Positions 46,537-54,796 of a stretch of 64,000 bases of DNA are shown here, one piece after another. Under the pieces are notes generated by a model that was not told where the DNA came from, did no database searches, and was given only the letters and a program-made list of their open reading frames with translations. The translations under genes and the position numbers were made by a program. The DNA comes from an uncultured delta proteobacterium. GTDB lineage: Bacteria; Desulfobacterota; Binatia; Binatales; Binataceae. Position 1 is the first letter of the stretch; every line of letters begins with the position of its first letter. The stretch covers positions 2,272,001 through 2,336,000 of the forward strand of contig CAWJET010000001.1 of NCBI GenBank assembly GCA_963842085.1. Reading direction: 5' to 3'.

Positions 46537-46565
46537 ACCATAGTATTTGGCCGCGCTTGGCTCAA
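46537..46565 (-). promoter_or_regulatory. Sigma70-like promoter of the cassette
   Basis: TTGAGC-N17-TATGGT on the minus strand, ~75 bp upstream of the TTG start. Confidence 0.45.
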
Positions 46566-46637
46566 ACGGAAAACCCCTCGTCTACTGCGATTTCCTGCAA
46601 GAATACCATCCCATAAAAAATGAAACGACCTCTCCGG

Positions 46638-47072
46638 CTAAATGCTGTAGTTGATCGCTTGCCTGCGCTTCTCCGACAACGCCTGCAACGTCACTCCGCG
46701 CAGGATGCCGTTGACGGAATCGCGCACTTCGCGCCATACGTCGCGCATCGCGCACGGTTGCTCGCGCGGGCAGGTCGACGAGCTTTCCTCCAGGCATTCC
46801 ACGGGCGTGTAGTCGCCCTCGATTATCTCCACCACGTCGGCCATCGTGATTCGCGCCGGCGGCCGGGCCAGCATGTACCCGCCGCTCGGCCCCTTCTGAC
46901 TGGCGACCAAACCTCCACGCTTGAGCTCGATCAGCAGCCGGCGCAGGTAGTTCTCGGGGATATCCTGGGTCTCCGCTATTTCCTCGACGCGCACCGGCAA
47001 GTTGGCAGGATAACGATCCGCCAACAGCAGCAGGGCCTTCAGTGAGTAGTCAACGCCGACGCCAAACTTCAT
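46638..47072 (-). CDS. Rrf2 family regulator with three Cys (IscR/CymR-like)
   Basis: DYSLKAL, IPENYLRRLL, SQKGPSGGYMLAR, ECL...C...PC.MRDVW, C-terminal NYSI. Confidence 0.93.
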   Translation of the reverse strand: MKFGVGVDYSLKALLLLADRYPANLPVRVEEIAETQDIPENYLRRLLIELKRGGLVASQKGPSGGYMLARPPARITMADVVEIIEGDYTPVECLEESSSTCPREQPCAMRDVWREVRDSVNGILRGVTLQALSEKRRQAINYSI

Positions 47073-47146
47073 CTTTTTTCAGAACTTTCCCCTCCTGAAT
47101 CTACCATTATCTGCCAATAGAAGGAATAGGCGACTCGCTTAGTCAT

Positions 47147-47166
47147 CTACTTAATTGACTAAGTAG
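47147..47166. promoter_or_regulatory. Inverted repeat CTACTTA-N6-TAAGTAG, candidate Rrf2 operator
   Basis: AT-rich palindrome in the divergent rrf2/sulfite reductase intergenic region. Confidence 0.55.
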
Positions 47167-47207
47167 GTAACCTAAGTTACTTTTTATCCTCGCAGGAGAA
47201 TCGATCA

Positions 47208-48833
47208 GTGCCCAAGAGGGAACCGCAATCGTGGGAAATGGTGCTGAAGCGCAACTCGGTCGAGCGCCTCAAGCACGAGCTGTTTCCCACCGAGCTGGCG
47301 GGTCAATGGGACCGGCTGGCAGAGACCTCATACGAGAAACTCCCCGAGGAAGATATCGTGCGGCTCCAGTGGTTCGGCATGTACCACGACAAGCCGAAGA
47401 TCGGCACGTTCATGATGCGGATCAAAATTCCCAGCGGCATCCTGAGCGCCGAGGGGCTCCGCGCAATCGGTGAAATCTCCGAGAACTACGGGCGCGACCA
47501 GGGCGAGCTGACCACGCGCCAGAATATCCAGCTTCACTACATCACGCTCGACAAGTTCCCCGAGATTCTCGACAAACTCAAAGGCGTCGGGCTGACGACG
47601 ATGGGCGGATGCGGCGACGTCGTGCGCAACATCACGGGATGCCCGGTGGCGGGCGTGGACCCCGACGAAGTTTTCGACGTGACGCCGCTGATTGCCGAGG
47701 CCGCGGGATTTTTCTACGGCAATCGCGAGTACTCGGACCTGCCGCGCAAGCACAAAATCTCGATCGCCGCATGCCCGCATCAGTGCAACGCGCCCGAGAT
47801 CAACTGCGTCTCGCTGATCGCGATGCTCAAGGACGGACGCGAGGGCTTTGCGGTGCGCGTCGGCGGCGGACAGTCGTCGACGCCGCGGCTGTCGCGGCAC
47901 CTGGGCGTGTTCATCACGCGCGAACAGGCGATGCCGGTGATGCGCACGATCATCGACGTGTGGCAGGGCACCACCGAGTACCGCATGTCGCGGGTCAAGG
48001 CGAGGCTCAAGTTCATGATCGACGATTACGGGCCGGAGGAATTTCGCAAGCTGGTCGAAGCGAAGCTCGGCTTCGCGCTCGAAAATCTCGACGAGATGCC
48101 GATTCCCCAGACCGAGAGCGATCACATGGGCATCCACGAGCAGCGGCAGCCCGGGCTCAACTATGTCGGCTTCCCGGTTTACCTCGGGCTGATGAGCGGG
48201 CGGCAAATGCGCGAGATTGCGGCGCTGACGGCGTCATTCGGCGGGGACGTCCGACTCACGCGGCGGCAGAATTTCATCCTCACCGGCATCCCGACCGCGC
48301 AGCTCGACGACGTGATCGCGCAGGTCGGGGCGATCGGGTTTCCGCTCGATGCGAACGGCCTTTACGCGTCGTCGATCGGATGCATCGGCGATCCGCATTG
48401 CAACTATGCCGTGACCCCGACCAAGACCAAGCTCGCGACGATTATCGAGCGGCTGGTGAATCAGTTTGGCGAGCAGGTTGGCGGTCTCAAGCTGAATCTC
48501 GACGGATGCCCGCATGCGTGCGCGCAGCACTGGACCGGCGACGTCGGGTTGCAGGGCACGACCAGGCGCGGAGCCGCGGGCGAGCCGCTCGAGGCCTTCG
48601 ACATTATCCTGCGCGGCGGGTTGGGCAAGGATGCAGCGATCGGCAAGCCGATCATCCGCCGCGTGCCGTCCGCGCTGGTTGAGGATTCCGTGGCGCGGCT
48701 GTTCGGGACTTACCTCGAACGGCGCGATGCCAACGAGACGTTCTCGCACTTTTGCGTGCGCACGCCTGACGCCGACCTGATTTCGATCGCAAGTAGAAAC
48801 GCAACCGGCGCTGACGCCCACGCCGCCGCCTGA
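47208..48833 (+). CDS. sir: Ferredoxin-type sulfite (nitrite) reductase, siroheme protein
   Basis: LTTRQNIQ, DVVRNITGCP, LPRKHK, CIGDPHC and GCPHAC ligands; upstream of cysH. Confidence 0.88.
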   Translation: MPKREPQSWEMVLKRNSVERLKHELFPTELAGQWDRLAETSYEKLPEEDIVRLQWFGMYHDKPKIGTFMMRIKIPSGILSAEGLRAIGEISENYGRDQGELTTRQNIQLHYITLDKFPEILDKLKGVGLTTMGGCGDVVRNITGCPVAGVDPDEVFDVTPLIAEAAGFFYGNREYSDLPRKHKISIAACPHQCNAPEINCVSLIAMLKDGREGFAVRVGGGQSSTPRLSRHLGVFITREQAMPVMRTIIDVWQGTTEYRMSRVKARLKFMIDDYGPEEFRKLVEAKLGFALENLDEMPIPQTESDHMGIHEQRQPGLNYVGFPVYLGLMSGRQMREIAALTASFGGDVRLTRRQNFILTGIPTAQLDDVIAQVGAIGFPLDANGLYASSIGCIGDPHCNYAVTPTKTKLATIIERLVNQFGEQVGGLKLNLDGCPHACAQHWTGDVGLQGTTRRGAAGEPLEAFDIILRGGLGKDAAIGKPIIRRVPSALVEDSVARLFGTYLERRDANETFSHFCVRTPDADLISIASRNATGADAHAAA

Positions 48834-48862
48834 ACCGGGTATCGCGCCCCAAGGATTTCGTC

Positions 48863-49702
48863 ATGGCTGCAGGACCGCAATTTGAAGAAGAGCTCGAAAC
48901 GCCCGATCTGAGTCTCAGCATGGACGAACTCGAGGCGGGCGAGGCCGCCGTCGAGCTCGACGACAAGGAGCCGCAGGAGGTCCTGGCCTGGGCGATAGAC
49001 AGGTTCGGCAGGGAGCTGGCGATTTGTTGCAGCTTCCAGGCCGACGGCTGCGCGCTGATCGACATGGCGCACAAGATCGATCCCCGCATCCGCGTCTTCA
49101 CGATCGACACCGGCCGCATGCCGCAGGAGACCTACGACGTAATCGACAAGTATCGCGAGCGCTACGGAATCCACGTTGAGGTCTTCATGGCCGATACCGC
49201 GATCGTGCAGCAGATGGTCACCAGGCACGGCAACAATCTTTTCTACAACGACGTCAACCTGCGCCTGCTCTGCTGCCAGGTGCGCAAGGTGCTGCCGCTG
49301 CGCCGAGCGCTGATGAACTACAGCGCGTGGGTGACGGGACTGCGCCGCGACCAATGGGCGACGCGCTCGAACATCCGCAAGATTGAAATCGATCACGACC
49401 ACGGCGGGATCGTAAAGCTCGCGCCGCTGGCCGACTGGACCGAAGGCGAGGTCTGGGATTACATCCGCGCCAACGACGTGCCCTACAACGCGCTCTATGA
49501 CAAGGGCTACAAGTCGATCGGCTGCGCGCCATGCACGCGCGCGGTGGGCGAGGGCCAGGATCCTCGCGCCGGCAGATGGTGGTGGGAGACGGGCGCGCCC
49601 AAGGAATGCGGGATGCACTGCGCGATCGAGACGGGCGGCTTCGAGCACGAGCTGGCATCGCTGCTTGGTCATAACAACGGCGACGGCCACACTAAGTCCT
49701 AG
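48863..49702 (+). CDS. cysH: APS reductase (Fe-S type CysH)
   Basis: IDTGR, LCCQVRKV, WVTGLRRDQ, GYKSIGCAPCT, RAGRWWWE, KECGMH. Confidence 0.95.
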   Translation: MAAGPQFEEELETPDLSLSMDELEAGEAAVELDDKEPQEVLAWAIDRFGRELAICCSFQADGCALIDMAHKIDPRIRVFTIDTGRMPQETYDVIDKYRERYGIHVEVFMADTAIVQQMVTRHGNNLFYNDVNLRLLCCQVRKVLPLRRALMNYSAWVTGLRRDQWATRSNIRKIEIDHDHGGIVKLAPLADWTEGEVWDYIRANDVPYNALYDKGYKSIGCAPCTRAVGEGQDPRAGRWWWETGAPKECGMHCAIETGGFEHELASLLGHNNGDGHTKS

Positions 49703-49711
49703 GGACAGGCG

Positions 49712-50206
49712 ATGGCGAGCGACGACCAGCCCAAGGCGGGCGAATCGATCACGCTCGATAGTCTGCAGCGCGACATCCTGATTCCGCAAATCCAGGCGTT
49801 TCTCGACGCCACGAAGGAACCTCAGGCGCGCGAGACCTATCTAAGTCTCAAGTCCGCGATCGAAGCGCTCGAAGTACCAGCAGACCTGCAGCCGAGACTA
49901 GGCGCGATCGTCGAAGTAGCACTAACCAGCGGCCGGATAAGACGCCTATTCGGCCCCGGCGCAGAGCTATCGCTCAACGCCCTGTTCATGAAAACTCCGC
50001 GCGGCCGTGAAGTGGCCCAGTCGCTAGCCGAACTCAACAAGGCGCTAGCGACGCTCAAGGGCCAGACGGTCGAGCAGATTACGGCCACGCAGCGAAGTCC
50101 CGGTGCTTACGCGCTCACGCTCAAGACCAGCGGTTGCCAAATAGTAGTTCGCTTCGAACAAGCAGGCGTCCGCGTAGAAAGCCTGGAGGTAGACCTCGAC
50201 CGCTAG
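49712..50206 (+). CDS. Hypothetical protein in the sir-cysH operon
   Basis: 164-aa ORF starting 9 bp after cysH. Confidence 0.75.
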   Translation: MASDDQPKAGESITLDSLQRDILIPQIQAFLDATKEPQARETYLSLKSAIEALEVPADLQPRLGAIVEVALTSGRIRRLFGPGAELSLNALFMKTPRGREVAQSLAELNKALATLKGQTVEQITATQRSPGAYALTLKTSGCQIVVRFEQAGVRVESLEVDLDR

Positions 50207-50343
50207 CTCTAGCTCATCCAGAAAGTATGTTGCGGTCCGACTACTGCCTCGCCCGTTACTTTACGATGGGATAGAGAGTGGCCGGAGGTGCCGATCTTTG
50301 GCTAGATTGGGATCGGCGAAATCGCCACGAGACTGCGGCCACG

Positions 50344-51069
50344 ATGCTCGACGAAATCGAACGCAACATCTGGATCGCGAACGGGGCAAGCGTCCCGTTC
50401 TTCGGCTTCCCGTATCCGACACGCATGGTCGTCGTGCGGCTCGCGGACGGAAGCCTGTGGGTGTGGTCACCCATCGCGTTGAGCCTGCCGCTGGCCGACG
50501 CGGTCAACGCGCTGGGCCCCGTCCGTCATCTGGTGTCGCCGAACAAGATCCATCACCTTTTCCTGGGCGATTGGGCGCGGGCATGGCCCGACGCCAGGCT
50601 CTACGCCGCGCCCGGTCTGGTGCGCCGGCGCCGCGATTTAACCTTTGCTCGCGAGTTGGGTGATGTGCCCGATCCCGCGTGGGCGGCGGACATCGACCAG
50701 GTGATCTTCCACGGCAGCTTCATTATGGACGAGGTCGTCTTCTTTCACCGCAGCTCGCGCTCGGTCATTGTCGCCGACCTGGTGCAGAAGTTCGATCCGG
50801 CGACCGTGCACGGCTGGCGCGGCGCGGTCATGAGATTGGACGGGCTGGTCGGCCCGGACGGCAGCACTCCGCGGGAGTGGCGGCTGTCGTTCTGGAACCG
50901 CCGAGCCGCGCGAGCGGCGCTCGGCAAGGCGATTGCCTGGAACCCAGAGCGGATGATCATCGCCCACGGCGAGTGGGTACGCCACAACGGCCGCACGGCG
51001 CTGGCGCACTCCCTGCACTGGCTAGCCGATGACCACGACTACGCTCAGCATTCGATGCATCAGGGATAG
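50344..51069 (+). CDS. DUF4336 metallo-beta-lactamase-like protein
   Basis: TRMVVVRL, LWVWSP, SPNKIHHLF, EVVFFH, IIAHG. Confidence 0.88.
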   Translation: MLDEIERNIWIANGASVPFFGFPYPTRMVVVRLADGSLWVWSPIALSLPLADAVNALGPVRHLVSPNKIHHLFLGDWARAWPDARLYAAPGLVRRRRDLTFARELGDVPDPAWAADIDQVIFHGSFIMDEVVFFHRSSRSVIVADLVQKFDPATVHGWRGAVMRLDGLVGPDGSTPREWRLSFWNRRAARAALGKAIAWNPERMIIAHGEWVRHNGRTALAHSLHWLADDHDYAQHSMHQG

Positions 51070-51106
51070 TGACACTCAGCCGCAAATCCGCACGCTCGAC
51101 GTTCAG

Positions 51107-52405
51107 CTAAGGTTCCAGCCGCTCCATCATCCGCGGGAACGGCACCGTCTCGCGAATGTGGTGGATGCCGCATAGCCAACCGGTCATGCGCTCGATGCCC
51201 ATGCCGAAGCCGGCGTGTGGGACTGAGCCGTAGCGGCGGAGGTCCAAGTACCATTCGAAGGGCGCCAGCGGCAGGCCGTGCGACATGATCTTTGTGCGCA
51301 GGGTTTCGTAGTCGTCCTCGCGCTGGCCGCCTCCGATGATTTCGCCGTGACCCTCGGGCGCGAGCATGTCGACGCATAGCGCGACGTCGGGACGCGCCGG
51401 GTCCTGCTTCATGTAGAACGCCTTGCACGCGGTGGGGTAGCGATGCACCATCACGGGGCGATCGAATTCCTCAGACAGTGCGGTTTCCTCGTCGCCGCCG
51501 AAGTCGTCGCCCCAGTTGACCGCGACGCCTTTGCGTTTCAGCCGTTCGATCGCCTCGTCGTAGCTGATGCGTGGATACGGGAGCTGCGCCGCGGATTGCA
51601 ACCTGGTCGTATCGCGCTCGAGCGTCTTGAGCTCGGCGCCGCGGCGCTCGAGCACGCGGCCGACGATATAAGACACGAACTGTTCGGCCAGTTCCATGTC
51701 GCCGTTGAGGTCGCAGTACGCGACTTCCGGCTCGACCATCCAGAACTCCGTCAGATGACGCCGCGTTTTGGATTTCTCGGCGCGAAAGGTCGGGCCGAAG
51801 CAGTAGACCTTGCCGAATGCGAGCGCGCCCGCCTCCGCGTAGAGCTGTCCGCTCTGCGTCAGGTACGCCTTGCGCTCGCCAAAGTAGTCGAGCTCGAACA
51901 GGTTGGTGGTTCCCTCGCATGAGGTCGGCGTCAGGATCGGCGCGTCGAACAGGACGAAGCCGCGCTCGTGGAAAAAATCGCGGCACGCCGCTTCCACTTC
52001 GCTGCGGATGCGGAGAATCGCGTGCTGGCGCGAGGAGCGGATCCACAGATGACGGTTGTCGAGCAGAAACGCGACGCCGTGATCCTTGGGCGTGATCGGA
52101 TAATCGCTCGCCGGCGACACGATCTCGAATGACTTCAGCGTGAGCTCGAATCCGCCCGGCGCGCGCTGGTCTTCGCGCACGATACCGGTCACTTCGAGCG
52201 AGGTTTCCTGCCCCATGTGATCGGCCGTCGCGAAACGGTCCGCGCCTAGATCGGCGAGCGACGCCACGCACTGGCAAACGCCGGTGCCGTCGCGCACCTG
52301 CAGAAAATGTATCTTGCCACTCGAGCGCTTGCCCGCGAGCCAGCCCTTGAGCGTGACTTCGTTTCCCGCATGATGCGACAGTTGTTCGATATAAACTCGC
52401 GCCAT
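51107..52405 (-). CDS. asnS: Asparagine--tRNA ligase
   Basis: [64 protein letters not shown]. Confidence 0.97.
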   Translation of the reverse strand: MARVYIEQLSHHAGNEVTLKGWLAGKRSSGKIHFLQVRDGTGVCQCVASLADLGADRFATADHMGQETSLEVTGIVREDQRAPGGFELTLKSFEIVSPASDYPITPKDHGVAFLLDNRHLWIRSSRQHAILRIRSEVEAACRDFFHERGFVLFDAPILTPTSCEGTTNLFELDYFGERKAYLTQSGQLYAEAGALAFGKVYCFGPTFRAEKSKTRRHLTEFWMVEPEVAYCDLNGDMELAEQFVSYIVGRVLERRGAELKTLERDTTRLQSAAQLPYPRISYDEAIERLKRKGVAVNWGDDFGGDEETALSEEFDRPVMVHRYPTACKAFYMKQDPARPDVALCVDMLAPEGHGEIIGGGQREDDYETLRTKIMSHGLPLAPFEWYLDLRRYGSVPHAGFGMGIERMTGWLCGIHHIRETVPFPRMMERLEP

Positions 52406-52501
52406 GTGCCCATTTAAGCATATCGCCGCGCAACTACAGGAGCGCGGACGCGTCGCGCGCGGTGCGTTCATCAGCTAGGCTCGTGAGTGGGAGAGGCGGG
52501 G

Positions 52502-53098
52502 ATGAACGGGCTGAACGGGCTCGACTACGCAGCGATCGCGCTGTTCGCGATTGGGGCAATCTACGGACTGCAAAGGGGCGCACTCAGGATGGTGACGTCG
52601 GTGGTGTCGCTGGCCGCGGCGGTCTACTTCGCGTCGCTTTACTACACCAGGGCCGGGGAGTTGGCGGAGACGCAGCTCGGATCCTCGCACACAGTCGGCG
52701 CGGTAGTCGGTTACATCGCGGTCTTTGCCTTGATCTTCACGGCCGTGGAAATTATCGGCTCTTCGGCGATCCGCCTGATGCATATCGTTCACCTGGGTCC
52801 GCTGGATCGATTAGCCGGCGGTCTGCTGGGCGCGGGAATCGCGGGGGTATTCGCGGGGCTGGCCGTGATGCTGCTGGCGGCCGCTTTACCGCCCAACGCC
52901 GCTCTGTTGCGCAACTCGCAACTGGTGCCGATGCTGCTCGGCTACAACGAGATGCTGGTGGGATACATCCCGGGCGACGCGAAACTCGAGTACGAGCGCA
53001 ATCGCGACGACCTGATGAAGTACTGGGTCCAGAATGCGGTTAAGAGCGCGAGCGCTCAGCCGTCGCCGGCAGCGCTGCCCTCGCCTTCAACGAAATGA
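52502..53098 (+). CDS. cvpA: CvpA family membrane protein
   Basis: LD..., GLQRG, LDRLAGGLLG, SQLVP. Confidence 0.85.
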   Translation: MNGLNGLDYAAIALFAIGAIYGLQRGALRMVTSVVSLAAAVYFASLYYTRAGELAETQLGSSHTVGAVVGYIAVFALIFTAVEIIGSSAIRLMHIVHLGPLDRLAGGLLGAGIAGVFAGLAVMLLAAALPPNAALLRNSQLVPMLLGYNEMLVGYIPGDAKLEYERNRDDLMKYWVQNAVKSASAQPSPAALPSPSTK

Positions 53099-53127
53099 TC
53101 GGAAAATTTTGTGTTGGGCGATCGGGT

Positions 53128-53460
53128 TTACGCGATCGCGCTGTCCACGGCCTGTACCAGCCGGCCCTTGGGCACCGCGCCGATTATCTGTTCCTTGACC
53201 TGGCCGCCCTTGATGATGAGCAGGTTGGGGATGCCTCTGACGCCGTAACGTCCGGGAGTCTGCGGATTGTCGTCAACGTTGATCTTCGCAATTTTGAGCC
53301 GCCCGTCGTACTCGCCCGCAAGATCGTCGAGAATCGGCGCGATCGCACGGCATGGTCCGCACCACGGCGCCCAGAAATCGACCAAGACCGGAGTCGGTGA
53401 CTTGAGAACTTCCTGCTCGAAGCTCGCGTCGGTAACGTGAACGATTTTATCGCTGGACAT
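53128..53460 (-). CDS. trxA: Thioredoxin
   Basis: VDFWAPWCGPC. Confidence 0.97.
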   Translation of the reverse strand: MSSDKIVHVTDASFEQEVLKSPTPVLVDFWAPWCGPCRAIAPILDDLAGEYDGRLKIAKINVDDNPQTPGRYGVRGIPNLLIIKGGQVKEQIIGAVPKGRLVQAVDSAIA

Positions 53461-53581
53461 CGGAACTTAATCTCCTGTGCGCTCGGTCGCACTTGGAAAC
53501 ATAAGTACGGCCGGGTACCCAGTCAAGGCAGCGTGATTTGCACTTGATCCGCCTGTCGAATCCACTACGCTTGGGAACGCC

Positions 53582-53902
53582 ATGCCTGCGCCGATGATGA
53601 ACGACGTGTTGCCCGATCTGCTCGAGGAGATGGTTTACCTGCTCAAGCAGCAGGGCGCCGATCCGCTCGAATCCAAGCTGCGCGCGCTCCGGATCGAATC
53701 GGTCTGCGATTGCGGCGACGAGAATTGCGCGAGCTTCGCCACCGCCGCCGAAGTGAAGGTCGCCAACTACGTCGAGCTCCAATCGATGGAGGGTCAGGTC
53801 ATCATCGATCTCAATGCGAACGACGAGATCTGCTTCATCGAGGTGCTCGGCCGTCCCGATGTGAAGTACCTGCTCGAGGAATTTTACGACGCGCAGAGCT
53901 GA
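53582..53902 (+). CDS. Acidic hypothetical protein with CDCGDENC motif
   Basis: Host-like codon usage; divergent from trxA. Confidence 0.75.
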   Translation: MPAPMMNDVLPDLLEEMVYLLKQQGADPLESKLRALRIESVCDCGDENCASFATAAEVKVANYVELQSMEGQVIIDLNANDEICFIEVLGRPDVKYLLEEFYDAQS

Positions 53903-53929
53903 CCCCCGAGCGGCGCGCGCCGCGCAACT

Positions 53930-54790
53930 CTAGCCCGCCGCGCGCTTCTGCGGCGCGATGCGAAACCGCTCGACGAATTCCGCAACCTCGCCCACGACGC
54001 GCTCTTTCTCGCTGTCGACGGTGATCACGTGGTAGCTCTCGTCGAGCTCGATCGCGCGCTTCTCGGCACTGCCAAGGTGCTTCATCACGTAGTCGACGTT
54101 TTTCCGCATCGGGCAGGTGTGATCGCGCCTGGCATGCATCACCAGCGCGGGCTGCGTGATCCGCGCCAGCATCGGCTTCACCAGCGCCGACAAATCCAGC
54201 AGCTTCATCGGCGCCGACAAGGGCATCAGGCGGCAGTTGGGATGCACCGAGCGCGCGGCCGCGTCGTGGATATCCGACCCGCCCGAGTTGAGCAGATAGA
54301 TCTTTTCAACGATCGAGCCGAGCACCCCGCGCAGTCCCCGCAGCGCGACGGTTGTTGCCCTCGGCAGAAAAAACGCCGGCGCCAGCATCGCGAGTCCCGC
54401 GACCGACTCGCCCTGGTCGGCCGCCAGCCGCGCCGCCAGCACCGCTCCCGTCGACAACCCGATCACCACGTTGGGCTCGCCGTATTGCCGCAACTCCTCC
54501 AGGCCGTTGACGACGCTTTCGTACCAGTTGTCGTAGCCGGCCTCGCCCAATTCCTCGGGCGTTCCCGCGTGACCCGCCAGCCTGACGCCGCGCACGCGCA
54601 CGCCGCGGGCAGCCAGCCGCTCGCCGAGGTAGCGCATCTCGTACGGAGTTCCAGTCAGGCCGTGTATCAGCAGCGCGCTCACGCCTGCGCCTGGAACGAA
54701 GAACTCGTTGGTGTCCACGCCGGCTGAGTGGCCGGATGGAGGTTCGTCGGAATCGGAATTCATTCTTGCGGTGCCGCGCGCGTCGGGCAC
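53930..54790 (-). CDS. Carboxylesterase (Est/YvaK-like)
   Basis: LIHGLTGTPYEM, GHAG, GLSTG, SYHVITVD. Confidence 0.9.
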   Translation of the reverse strand: MPDARGTARMNSDSDEPPSGHSAGVDTNEFFVPGAGVSALLIHGLTGTPYEMRYLGERLAARGVRVRGVRLAGHAGTPEELGEAGYDNWYESVVNGLEELRQYGEPNVVIGLSTGAVLAARLAADQGESVAGLAMLAPAFFLPRATTVALRGLRGVLGSIVEKIYLLNSGGSDIHDAAARSVHPNCRLMPLSAPMKLLDLSALVKPMLARITQPALVMHARRDHTCPMRKNVDYVMKHLGSAEKRAIELDESYHVITVDSEKERVVGEVAEFVERFRIAPQKRAAG

Positions 54791-54796
54791 GCTCCT

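Larger units (their letters stand above)
45154..46637 (-). mobile_element. Integrase-free three-gene cassette inserted in the rrf2 3' end
   Basis: Bounded by the 83-bp repeat; visibly more AT-rich than its flanks. Confidence 0.75.
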
